Below, piece after piece: positions 16,527 to 23,732 of a stretch of DNA of 26,439 bases (position 1 is the stretch's first letter; every line of letters begins with the position of its first letter). Where the stretch lies: the IMG/VR virus record IMGVR_UViG_2651869691_000005; one strand, given 5' to 3'. The stretch is from a virus. Taxonomy: Duplodnaviria; Heunggongvirae; Uroviricota; Caudoviricetes. Below the pieces are notes generated by a model. That model ran no database searches. It was not told the origin of the DNA and was given only the letters and a program-made list of their open reading frames with translations. The position numbers and the translations under genes were made by a program.

Positions 16527-16706
16527 TTACCGCCAGTATTCAATGCACATGACCGCCATGAACACCCCTAAAAAAAGGGCATTTATATGTCCAAACATTA
16601 ATATCAAAACATCAACTTTTTCCATATACCTTGCTGTGAAGATGATGGGCATACATGATGCGAACAACCAGAACGCAACAAACAAAAACTGCAATGCGTT
16701 TTTCAT
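16527..16706 (-). CDS. Hypothetical small membrane protein (59 aa, two predicted TM segments)
   Basis: Internal ATG 16704-16706 with strong SD (TAGGGGGAATAATG); MKNALQFLFVAFWLFASCMPIIFTARYMEKVDVLILMFGHINALFLGVFMAVMCIEYWR. Sits in an AT-rich segment directly upstream of the hok locus. Confidence 0.45.
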   Translation of the reverse strand: MKNALQFLFVAFWLFASCMPIIFTARYMEKVDVLILMFGHINALFLGVFMAVMCIEYWR

Positions 16707-17179
16707 TATTCCCCCTACAATCAATGTGCAATAACATTTAAACACACCTCAATTTAGCCGGACATATAAATATCTAAACCAGAAAAAATCACTTACATAG
16801 CGTTACAAACTCTTTAGTCTAAATATTCATCGCAAAACATTCCCCATACTTATCAGCCCGTTCTGCGCCAGGTAGCTCATTGCCTTATCTGGGAATCTGT
16901 AATCAGGTTTCCGGATGCTGGTGGATTTTCGCATTTTAGTTGTTCATAAAAGTGCACAGCTTTAACCAGTTCTTCTGATGTAACCGGGACTGGCGGGGCA
17001 GTGAATAAGGCCTGAATTTCATAGTTCGGCCTGTCGTTACAATCCTCTTTTTTCGGTACATATTTCCAGTCACCAGACCACTACTTCCCCTGAAAGTCCG
17101 TAACGCCTTTTTTTCACGTAGCGATATCGCCATGCCACTGTTTTTGCTTGCCCCGCCGTTTCATGCCCTTCCTGATAAT

Positions 17180-17365
17180 TAACCTCGCTCATTCATCGCC
17201 CCACTCATCACAATATGCTTCGACCGGAGTTTTTCCTGCTTCATAATCATCACGCCATGCTTCAGCATCAGCAGCACTGCCACCACGTAACTCTGCATAG
17301 TCCATTAACAGTTCATGCCATTCTTCAAAACCGACGTTGTATTTAGTTGAACCAAAATCAGCCAT
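17180..17365 (-). CDS. Hypothetical small acidic protein (61 aa)
   Basis: Manual translation from ATG 17363-17365 with strong SD (GAGGAAGAACAAAATG): MADFGSTKYNVGFEEWHELLMDYAELRGGSAADAEAWRDDYEAGKTPVEHIVMSGAMNERG. Not in the ORF track although it is above the apparent size cutoff; start overlaps the upstream gene stop. Confidence 0.4.
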
Positions 17366-17540
17366 TTTGTTCTTCCTCTTCGTCTTTTATTTCGTGATAT
17401 GAGTAATTGCAGTAGTTAAAGAAAATATCTTTTGCTTCGTCATGTATTTCATCAGGCGTCGCATCATCATCCACTTCGAATTCATCCTCGAAATCTCCAC
17501 CGGCTATTCCCGTTTCAATAATTATTTTAAACTTTCGCAT
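17358..17540 (-). CDS. Hypothetical highly acidic small protein (60 aa)
   Basis: ORF MRKFKIIIETGIAGGDFEDEFEVDDDATPDEIHDEAKDIFFNYCNYSYHEIKDEEEEQNG, preceded by the conserved SD-hairpin element. Confidence 0.45.
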   Translation of the reverse strand: MRKFKIIIETGIAGGDFEDEFEVDDDATPDEIHDEAKDIFFNYCNYSYHEIKDEEEEQNG

Positions 17541-17545
17541 TTAAC

Positions 17546-17570
17546 TACCGCCCTTTCGGGCGGCCTCCTG
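17546..17570 (-). promoter_or_regulatory. Hairpin-split ribosome-binding element, copy 1
   Basis: Minus strand reads TCAGGAGG-CCGCCC-GAAA-GGGCGG-TAGTTAA-ATG: an SD, then a 6-bp GC stem with GAAA loop, then the start codon of the 17358-17540 gene. Confidence 0.5.
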
Positions 17571-17596
17571 ATGTTCTGAGGGTGCAGAAATCCCTC

Positions 17597-17650
17597 CGGT
17601 TAAGGATTAAATTTTTAACAGAGCTAAATTTAATTATTCAGTTCTGGATT
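17597..17650. repeat. ~55-bp intergenic direct repeat, copy A
   Basis: CCGGTTAAGGATTAAATTTTTAACAGAGCTAAATTTAATTATTCAGTTCTGGATT aligns with copy B at 18861-18918 apart from small indels and substitutions. Confidence 0.5.
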
Positions 17651-17990
17651 TTGTCGCCCTGCGTATCCGCGCTTTCGCGTTACGCTCAATCTGAATTAGC
17701 TTTTCTATATTTTTTCGCCTTTCCCGCTCCTCCTGACGCAAGAGCCTTACATCATCTGCCAGTCTGGTTTCTCTTTTCGCCACAGAGAGCATCCAGTCAA
17801 ATGGTTCCACAACTGCACCGCAGATTTTACAGCGGACCTGACGCTCTTTTTCGTCAACCCGGACAGAGGCGTGATGACAATATGGTCTTTCCGATGGCTC
17901 ATAAAGAAAATTAACCTGATTACGAGGGTCATCCTCTTTTACCGGAAATAAAACGATATTGCTTAACTCATCCTCTGGTTTTATTTCCAT
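17634..17990 (-). CDS. Hypothetical zinc-ribbon-containing protein (118 aa from ATG 17990)
   Basis: Start ATG 17988-17990 with strong SD (AAGGAGAGGAGC). Contains PYCHH...CKICG; C-terminal basic coiled-coil-like segment. Confidence 0.5.
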   Translation of the reverse strand: MEIKPEDELSNIVLFPVKEDDPRNQVNFLYEPSERPYCHHASVRVDEKERQVRCKICGAVVEPFDWMLSVAKRETRLADDVRLLRQEERERRKNIEKLIQIERNAKARIRRATKSRTE

Positions 17991-18111
17991 GCTCCTCTCC
18001 TTTGATGCGAATGCCAGCGGTAATTGAAGCCTGATAGCTAATTTCACTCACAGTACCGCCTCCTGAAAATTTAATGAACAATTCAATACGTTCTTTGGTA
18101 ATAGTGGTCAT
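17968..18111 (-). CDS. Possible small ORF (47 aa)
   Basis: Manual translation from ATG 18109-18111 with SD AAGGAG 8 nt upstream: MTTITKERIELFIKFSGGGTVSEISYQASITAGIRIKGEEHGNKTRG. Overlaps the start of the downstream gene. Confidence 0.3.
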   Translation of the reverse strand: MTTITKERIELFIKFSGGGTVSEISYQASITAGIRIKGEEHGNKTRG

Positions 18112-18121
18112 GTGTTACTCC

Positions 18122-18385
18122 TTAACCCGCAGTGCTTTCAACTGATGAGGGGAACAAAATCTTTTCATCAAACCCTGCATTCATATCATGAACAGCAACA
18201 CACCAATCCATCGACGAACGATTATCAAGAGCCTCCATGATTTCATCCATGCGGCGTAGGTCATACAGGTAAATGCTTTTATCGCCAATGGTGTAAAAGC
18301 CAATTTTTTTCGGTGATGGACAGCGATCAAGAACTTCCTGTAATTCGTTCAACCATGCCCGTTCTTTTTTTGTCAAAGTTGCCAT
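18122..18385 (-). CDS. Hypothetical protein (87 aa)
   Basis: Internal ATG 18383-18385 with SD (TAAGGAAAACTGATATG), 1 nt after the upstream gene stop: MATLTKKERAWLNELQEVLDRCPSPKKIGFYTIGDK... Confidence 0.45.
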   Translation of the reverse strand: MATLTKKERAWLNELQEVLDRCPSPKKIGFYTIGDKSIYLYDLRRMDEIMEALDNRSSMDWCVAVHDMNAGFDEKILFPSSVESTAG

Positions 18386-18386
18386 A

Positions 18387-18605
18387 TCAGTTTTCCTTAT
18401 ACGGATTAATTTTATTGTGCAGTGTGTTGAATGACGCCCATACCACGTCGTTATACAATTCAGTAACTGGCTCAATTATTTTCCCGATTGCCCAGACAAA
18501 AATTAGAGGGGATATCGGTATCATCAATACGATAAACAGAATGAGAAACAAAAATTCTGTCGCCCTACTTTTTTGCGGATATTCTTTTCTGAATAATGTA
18601 GTCAT
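18387..18605 (-). CDS. Hypothetical small membrane protein (72 aa)
   Basis: ORF with one hydrophobic segment (FLFLILFIVLMIPISPLIFVWAIG); preceded by the second copy of the SD-hairpin element. Confidence 0.45.
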   Translation of the reverse strand: MTTLFRKEYPQKSRATEFLFLILFIVLMIPISPLIFVWAIGKIIEPVTELYNDVVWASFNTLHNKINPYKEN

Positions 18606-18609
18606 TTCT

Positions 18610-18635
18610 TACCGCCCTTTCGGGCGGCCTCCCGA
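18610..18635 (-). promoter_or_regulatory. Hairpin-split ribosome-binding element, copy 2
   Basis: Minus strand reads TCGGGAGG-CCGCCC-GAAA-GGGCGG-TAAGAA-ATG, the same core as copy 1, directly upstream of the 18387-18605 gene. Confidence 0.5.
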
Positions 18636-18637
18636 CA

Positions 18638-18850
18638 TTAATCGTTGTGGTAACTCATGGCTTCATTTGCAGCATCAACCGGATCAACCTCCCACCAGCA
18701 ATAATTTGGTGCGTTTCCTTCAGGTGTCCACGGTTCCAATTCATTTTTTGCCACATTCTCGTCGCCAGTAATTTTAAAAATCTGCTCAGAGAATTTTTTC
18801 ACCCACTCGTTATATTTTTCAGTGTTAATAATTTTCTGTGTATTTGACAT
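18638..18850 (-). CDS. Hypothetical protein (70 aa)
   Basis: ORF with strong SD (CTGGAGGTATATCTATG): MSNTQKIINTEKYNEWVKKFSEQIFKITGDENVAKNELEPWTPEGNAPNYCWWEVDPVDAANEAMSYHND. Confidence 0.45.
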   Translation of the reverse strand: MSNTQKIINTEKYNEWVKKFSEQIFKITGDENVAKNELEPWTPEGNAPNYCWWEVDPVDAANEAMSYHND

Positions 18851-18860
18851 AGATATACCT

Positions 18861-18918
18861 CCAGTTAAGGATTAAATTTTATTTACAGTGCTGAACTTAA
18901 TTATTCAGATTTGGATTA
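18861..18918. repeat. ~55-bp intergenic direct repeat, copy B
   Basis: CCAGTTAAGGATTAAATTTTATTTACAGTGCTGAACTTAATTATTCAGATTTGGATT; pairs with copy A at 17597-17650. Confidence 0.5.
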
Positions 18919-18955
18919 TGCTTTCTCTTCACGAAGTTCCGATTGTTAATTTGGC

Positions 18956-19378
18956 TCACAACAGCACCTTCTGAAAATTACCCTGATAGAAAGCCAGTAC
19001 ACGCTGCATAGCTTCGCTCTTCCGGCACTCGCTACAGATTATGTTTTGACGCCTGTCGTAGCGGCGTATTTCTCCGTCTGGTAATGGCCAGATAAGGTCA
19101 GGATCAACCACAGATGGTTTCTTCAGATTTGCCCTTGAGAGTTTTTTGCGGGCGTTTTGCCAGTCCTTACGCGCCTGTTCAGACGGGAATAACCCGTAAC
19201 CAGAGTTGTATACATCGCCACTGGCAACCAGCTCTCTGGCGAGAACACTCATCAGATATCTTGTCGCACCTGTCTTGGCTTCCAGTTGCCGTAACGTCTC
19301 GCGCCCACTCCGGCGTACTAGCTCAACAACCTGCCCTTTAATTTTTTCCCGCTCTTCTTGTGTAAATACTTTTGCCAT
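18956..19378 (-). CDS. Hypothetical protein (140 aa), possible HTH
   Basis: Start ATG 19376-19378 with SD GGAGG 6 nt upstream: MAKVFTQEEREKIKGQVVELVRRSGRETLRQLEAKTGATRYLMSVLARELVASGD... Confidence 0.5.
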   Translation of the reverse strand: MAKVFTQEEREKIKGQVVELVRRSGRETLRQLEAKTGATRYLMSVLARELVASGDVYNSGYGLFPSEQARKDWQNARKKLSRANLKKPSVVDPDLIWPLPDGEIRRYDRRQNIICSECRKSEAMQRVLAFYQGNFQKVLL

Positions 19379-19393
19379 AAGCGCCTCCGGCAA

Positions 19394-20164
19394 TCACTTT
19401 TCCGATACAACACGGCGGGAAGAATCAGTAATCTGTCGAACAATATCCCGGTGCTTGTTCAGCTCCCGCAGCGCGGCGCAGACTCGCTCCCACTTCTGAA
19501 CATCACTTTTCGCCCTGCGCAGCGCCAGGTTTGCCCTGCGCAGGGACGGAAAAATCAGCTCATCTGCTTGCGTTTCGGTAAACGATGGCAACGACTGCAC
19601 AATGTCCGCCACAGTTTCTGTTTTAATTTCTTCCTGTGTTGCGGCTTCCCGGCCTGGTAACGCAGCACCTGCTGGCTGAGGAAAGGCCTTACCATCACTT
19701 TCCGTTACCAGCGCGGCCTTCGGCTCTGCTGGTAAATTATCGCCCGGCATGCAGTAACGAAATTTACCGTTCTGATTAACGCGTGCCAGCCGCCCCGTTG
19801 CGGTTACCACCGCCAGCGTGGAAGCAACCTTGCGAGTACTGACACCGAACTTACCCGCCAGTTCCTCACACGTTTTAGCCCCATCCTGACCGATAAACTC
19901 AATCATCATGTCTGCGGTAACTTTTTGTTCGACCTCCCCGGTCAGCATATCCTGTGCTTCAGATTTTACTGGCCGCTCTTCGGTTACCCGGGATTCACCT
20001 TCGCCAGCCAGAAACCAGGTGTGACCAGTTTTATCAACGACGCCATTTCTTTTGAGTTCCCACAGCTCGTTGACAGCCTCTTCACGACTGATTCCAAGGC
20101 GAGCTGCCACCACATGTGAAGAGGCTTTTTTCAGTGCTTTCAGTGCGTCAGATACGGTTTCCAT
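19394..20164 (-). CDS. Hypothetical protein (256 aa) with two HTH-like segments
   Basis: ORF METVSDALKALKKASSHVVAARLGISREEAVNELWELKRNGVV... and a second HTH-like stretch (CEELAGKFGVSTRKVASTLAVVTATGRLARV). Located between the replication and nin-like genes. Confidence 0.55.
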   Translation of the reverse strand: METVSDALKALKKASSHVVAARLGISREEAVNELWELKRNGVVDKTGHTWFLAGEGESRVTEERPVKSEAQDMLTGEVEQKVTADMMIEFIGQDGAKTCEELAGKFGVSTRKVASTLAVVTATGRLARVNQNGKFRYCMPGDNLPAEPKAALVTESDGKAFPQPAGAALPGREAATQEEIKTETVADIVQSLPSFTETQADELIFPSLRRANLALRRAKSDVQKWERVCAALRELNKHRDIVRQITDSSRRVVSEK

Positions 20165-20185
20165 TAAAATTTCCTCCGGACAAAA

Positions 20186-20932
20186 TTACTTCACAACCCT
20201 CATATTGCTGACATTTGGACGCCAGCTATCCCAGTTAAACGTCACCCATCGACCACCGTTCATGGTCATGCGGTCCATAATCCTCTCACCAAGAAGCGTA
20301 CTCATTGCGGCATGATTCAGGTTTGTTAACATCCCGACACTGCACAGTGATGCTGTCCGGCGATCAATTATCTGGTGCAATACCACCTGCTCGTTTTTCG
20401 TCTCCCGCTGAACGCCTATTTCATCCAGGACCAGCAAATCAACCCCGCAAAGCTCCTGTAAAAATTTTTCCCCGGATTTGCCGTTGTCGTAGCTGTCATG
20501 CAACACGCTCATGACGTCAGACACGGTGACGATAATCACGCTGCGCCCCTTCACCATCAGCCGGTTGCCCATCGCCGCTGCAAGGTGATTTTTCCCGGTG
20601 CCGGTTTTACCGCTGAACACAAAATTCGTGCACCCGGTCATCAGTTCGTCAGCTATGGATTTGGCCTGGCTCAGCGCGTATTTTTGCCCGTCGTTCTGCA
20701 CCTGATAATTTGCAAACGAGCATTTGCTGTGCAGAGGCTGGATGCCCGAACGATTCAGGATTTTTTCCACCCGCAACTGGCGATTCTGGCGGTTAATCTC
20801 CTCGCTGCGTTTTCGTCCTTCAGCAAGTTGCCATTCCCGCCACTCCTCCACCGTCCGGTACGGTGGAACCGACCCCTGTGGTGCAAGTCTGCGAATACGT
20901 TCAAGAACCCCAACTGCCGCAATGTTTTTCAT
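20186..20932 (-). CDS. DnaC-like helicase loader (IstB-type AAA+ ATPase)
   Basis: 248-aa ORF with Walker A FSGKTGTGKNHLAAAMGNRL and Walker B LLVLDEIG; SD GGGGGTGA. Occupies the lambda P position after the O-like gene. Confidence 0.85.
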   Translation of the reverse strand: MKNIAAVGVLERIRRLAPQGSVPPYRTVEEWREWQLAEGRKRSEEINRQNRQLRVEKILNRSGIQPLHSKCSFANYQVQNDGQKYALSQAKSIADELMTGCTNFVFSGKTGTGKNHLAAAMGNRLMVKGRSVIIVTVSDVMSVLHDSYDNGKSGEKFLQELCGVDLLVLDEIGVQRETKNEQVVLHQIIDRRTASLCSVGMLTNLNHAAMSTLLGERIMDRMTMNGGRWVTFNWDSWRPNVSNMRVVK

Positions 20933-20938
20933 GACACG

Positions 20939-21901
20939 TCACCCCCTGAATCCCGGCGGTATTTCAGTGTCCGGTTCAGAAATGTGATTCACGCAACGCT
21001 GCGCAGGCGAACGCCCCAGGCGGATAACCAGTTCATCCCATTTTTCCCGGAGTTTTGCCGGACTCATGATGTTTTTTACCCAGAACGAATCCCGCTGGAG
21101 ACGCCCAAACATTTCACAAATTTGTCTGTGAGTTCTGCCATCCAGCATCCGCATTGTGCGAACGTCATTGGCCCATGCTGTCCAGTTGGGTTCTTTCGGT
21201 CTAGTGATCTCGCCATCATCGCTGGCCGCCTGCTCGTAAAGACTCACGATTCGTCCCCAGATCCACTGTGCGCACACCAAATCTTCCTGACTTCCCCACT
21301 GGCGTTTTTTCGCACTGAACACAACCGCGTCAGGGTGTCGGGTTAAAAAATCCTGTTCAGCCGTCTGCGGGTCCGGTTGCGAAGCGTCCGGACAAGAAGA
21401 TCTTTTATCTGACGGATCAGGTTTTAATACTGACGGATCGGGGTCAATCATCGCCCCCCTAATCGGCAGTTTTTTATCAACAGTTGATCCATCAAAATTT
21501 GACGGGTCAACCGTTGAGGGGTCAATATTTGACGGGTCAACTGTTAACGGGTCATTTTTTGCCGGGCTAATTTTTCTTTTCGGTTTATATGACTCACGCG
21601 CCGCCGCCGCAGCTGCTTCGAGTTTTTCCACATTAAGCCGATAGATATTGCTTACATTACGCCCACCGACCTTACGCTCTTCCTTCGTCAGCCAGCCCTC
21701 TTTCGCCAGTTCTGCAATAGCCGATTTCACTGTGGATTCACTTCTTGCACCGATCTGACGCCGGATAGTTTCAATGGCAGGCCATGACACGCCCTCGTCA
21801 TTGCTGTAGTCTGCAAGACGGGCCATAACCGCCACCCTGGATAAGATCATGCCGGTGAAGGCGCACCCTTCCCAGACAAGACCATGAAGCTTGCTGCTCA
21901 T
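20939..21901 (-). CDS. Replication initiator (lambda O-like) with internal iterons
   Basis: N-terminal winged-helix-like region (ILSRVAVMARLADYSNDEGVSWPAIETIRRQIGARSESTVKSAIAELAKEGWL) and a central repetitive DPSxV segment encoded by the iterons. Start ATG 21899-21901 (alternative GTG 21914-21916). Confidence 0.8.
   Translation of the reverse strand: MSSKLHGLVWEGCAFTGMILSRVAVMARLADYSNDEGVSWPAIETIRRQIGARSESTVKSAIAELAKEGWLTKEERKVGGRNVSNIYRLNVEKLEAAAAAARESYKPKRKISPAKNDPLTVDPSNIDPSTVDPSNFDGSTVDKKLPIRGAMIDPDPSVLKPDPSDKRSSCPDASQPDPQTAEQDFLTRHPDAVVFSAKKRQWGSQEDLVCAQWIWGRIVSLYEQAASDDGEITRPKEPNWTAWANDVRTMRMLDGRTHRQICEMFGRLQRDSFWVKNIMSPAKLREKWDELVIRLGRSPAQRCVNHISEPDTEIPPGFRG
21409..21571. repeat. Origin iterons (TTGACGGGTCAA-like), five copies at exact 15-bp spacing plus two upstream copies; adjacent AT-rich tract
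   Basis: Copies start at 21499, 21514, 21529, 21544 and 21559, with two more at 21409 and 21430. Each copy is a dyad-symmetric TTGAC-GG-GTCAA core. A/T-rich stretch at 21553-21595. Confidence 0.75.
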
Positions 21902-21923
21902 AAAACCCCCGAACACCGTGCTT

Positions 21924-22349
21924 TTAGTGCATCACCACAGCATTCCCTGCCGGGCCGCCGCGATTCATCTGGTCATACAAAACAACCGCTGACGCAACAA
22001 AATCATCGACATCCTTCACCAGCCGATCCCTCCGTTCGACGATCTCACGGTAATATTCAGAACTGTGGCTGCGCATACGGGCCACCAGCAAAGGCGGCAT
22101 CGCCTTTTCGATCGCCGGTAACAGAGCCTGCATTTTTTCAACAGCATCAGGGGTGTCTTTATCCAGCCAACGGAAAATTTTCTGGGTATTACGGGCCAGG
22201 GCTTCCGGATGGCTGTCGTCGTACAGTTCAGGGAACGTCATCCCCAGTTCGAAATAAGTCCGGGCTATTTCAGCTGCAGGAACTTTCTCACCATCAGGGT
22301 ATGCCCAGGCATTCATCGCCATGCGGATGTGCTCATGTTTGATTTTCAT
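21924..22349 (-). CDS. YdaT-like protein (cII-position regulator of Rac-type immunity regions)
   Basis: 141-aa ORF starting MKIKHEHI..., which I recall as the YdaT N-terminus; the size matches. Immediately downstream of the Cro-like gene. Confidence 0.65.
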   Translation of the reverse strand: MKIKHEHIRMAMNAWAYPDGEKVPAAEIARTYFELGMTFPELYDDSHPEALARNTQKIFRWLDKDTPDAVEKMQALLPAIEKAMPPLLVARMRSHSSEYYREIVERRDRLVKDVDDFVASAVVLYDQMNRGGPAGNAVVMH

Positions 22350-22656
22350 GAATCATTTGCCTCTTGATGCTTCGGGTATGATCGTTTTCGTCATTTGGTT
22401 GCTTCATCGACATATTCTGCGAATAACATGACGAGCGTCGTAAGTATGTCCAATCAACATCAGGACGAAGTTCTTCACACAGGACACCACCTTTTGTTGC
22501 TCGTTCAATCGCAGGACATCTCTCAGCAGGTAACTGACGTACACCTTTGATCCATTGATTTACGCTTGGAGGAGATACACCTAAAAGCCTAGCCATTGCT
22601 GATTGCCCACCGACAACAGCACAAGCTCGTTTGAATGAATAGTTATCTTTTTTCAT
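22333..22656 (-). CDS. Cro/YdaS-like HTH regulator
   Basis: From ATG 22654-22656: MKKDNYSFKRACAVVGGQSAMARLLGVSPPSVNQWIKGVRQLPAERCPAIERATKGGVLCEELRPDV, a Cro/YdaS-type HTH. Divergent from the repressor gene. Confidence 0.7.
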   Translation of the reverse strand: MKKDNYSFKRACAVVGGQSAMARLLGVSPPSVNQWIKGVRQLPAERCPAIERATKGGVLCEELRPDVDWTYLRRSSCYSQNMSMKQPNDENDHTRSIKRQMIHENQT

Positions 22657-22683
22657 CGAATGAACTCCAAAAAACACGCAACA

Positions 22684-22730
22684 ATATTAGGCTTAGCCTA
22701 ATGAAATTGTCAATAGGCTAAGCCTAATAC
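22684..22730. promoter_or_regulatory. OR-like operator/promoter region: two TAGGC-N3-GCCTA palindromes overlapping a minus-strand promoter (TTGACA-18-TAATAT)
   Basis: Palindromes at 22688-22700 (TAGGCTTAGCCTA) and 22714-22726 (TAGGCTAAGCCTA). On the minus strand, TTGACA (rc of 22708-22713) and TAATAT (rc of 22684-22689) are 18 nt apart and overlap them. Confidence 0.7.
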
Positions 22731-22780
22731 ATCGAGAGTAGGGATTGCCTAACGCGATGCGCATAGGAGACTATTAAGCA

Positions 22781-23257
22781 ATGCTTAGTGGTAAAGATTT
22801 AGGCCGAGCGATAGAGCAGGCCATTAACAAAAAAATTGCATCAGGAGCCGTCAAATCAAAGGCGGAAATCGCACGTCATTTCAAAGTCCAACCACCATCA
22901 ATCCATGACTGGATTAAGAAAGGTTCGATAAGTAAAGACAAACTTCCAGAACTATGGCGTTTCTTTTCTGATGTGGTTGGTCCAGAGCATTGGGGGCTTA
23001 ACGAATACCCCATACCAACCCCATCCACTTCAGATACAAAAAGTGAACTTTTAGACATAAACAGCCTTTATCAAGCCGCCTCTGATGAAAAAAGAGCAAT
23101 TGTGGCTTTCATCTTATCTGGAAATGCTACGGAGCCTAGTTGGGTTGATCATGACGTTCGCGCCTACATTGCCGCAATGGAAATGAAGGTAGCTAACTAT
23201 CTGAAAAATCAAGCATCAAAACGGAAAAGCCAGAACATCACCAAGACAGGAACTTAA
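22781..23257 (+). CDS. Prophage repressor (cI position; N-terminal HTH; no recognisable LexA/S24 autocleavage motifs)
   Basis: 158-aa ORF; N-terminal HTH (KSKAEIARHFKVQPPSIHDWIKKG). No Ala-Gly / Ser-Lys peptidase signature seen. Flanked by operator palindromes on both sides. Confidence 0.7.
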   Translation: MLSGKDLGRAIEQAINKKIASGAVKSKAEIARHFKVQPPSIHDWIKKGSISKDKLPELWRFFSDVVGPEHWGLNEYPIPTPSTSDTKSELLDINSLYQAASDEKRAIVAFILSGNATEPSWVDHDVRAYIAAMEMKVANYLKNQASKRKSQNITKTGT

Positions 23258-23352
23258 ACTTATATGGTCCGACGGGAAATTCCTAGTTCCCGTTAGTTAA
23301 CTCCTACTACCTCTTCCACAAACCATCACCTATTAGGTTGCGCCCAAATTAT

Positions 23353-23394
23353 TAGGCATAGCCTATTGACAAGTAATTAGGCATTTCCTATAGT
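23353..23394 (+). promoter_or_regulatory. OL-like operator/promoter: TAGGC-N3-GCCTA palindromes overlapping a plus-strand promoter (TTGACA-17-TATAGT)
   Basis: TAGGCATAGCCTA at 23353-23365 abuts TTGACA (23366-23371); a second, imperfect site TAGGCATTTCCTA (23378-23390) lies in the spacer; -10 TATAGT at 23389-23394. Reads into the early-left genes. Confidence 0.7.
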
Positions 23395-23575
23395 TTTCCC
23401 ATACCAACCCATCCCGTCCCACACAATACAGGGCAATACCTCGAGTTACCAGGCAGTGGTCACGGGTTAAGTAGCCAGCCCGAGGCGTAAGAACATGACG
23501 GCAGGGTTCAACTTTAATAACTATGCAGCAGGTTTTTGTTCCGCTACCCCGGCGTTAAGGGGAAATGAGGTCAGC

Positions 23576-23731
23576 ATGGATACTATCGATCTTGGCAACA
23601 GCGAATCTCTGGTATGTGGCGTGTTCCCCAACCAGTACGGTACGTTCACCGCAATGACGTATACCAAAAGCAAAACGTTTAAAACCGAATCTGGAGCGCG
23701 TCGCTGGCTGGAAAGAAATTCAGGTGGGTGA
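23576..23731 (+). CDS. Small early-left protein (51 aa; YdfA/YdaF-sized)
   Basis: ATG 23576 with SD GAGG 5 nt upstream: MDTIDLGNSESLVCGVFPNQYGTFTAMTYTKSKTFKTESGARRWLERNSGG. Size and position match the first gene of the Qin dicB operon as recalled. Confidence 0.45.
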   Translation: MDTIDLGNSESLVCGVFPNQYGTFTAMTYTKSKTFKTESGARRWLERNSGG

Positions 23732-23732
23732 T

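Noticed and set aside
16936-17133. Minus-strand ORF 16936..17133 (65 aa, very basic)
   Set aside because: No SD, and the product is a low-complexity Arg/Lys-rich string; left unannotated, though a real nucleic-acid-binding peptide cannot be excluded.
20305-21346. Plus-strand ORFs 20305..20514, 20498..21346, 20724..20987
   Set aside because: They run antisense across the DnaC-like and O-like genes, both of which have clear motifs on the minus strand.
21409-21571. Possibility that the regularly spaced repeats are a CRISPR array
   Set aside because: The repeats are only ~12 bp with 15-bp periodicity, lie inside a replication-initiator gene and are dyad-symmetric, which is the signature of origin iterons. 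No CRISPR-like 28-37-bp repeats with unique spacers occur anywhere in the window.
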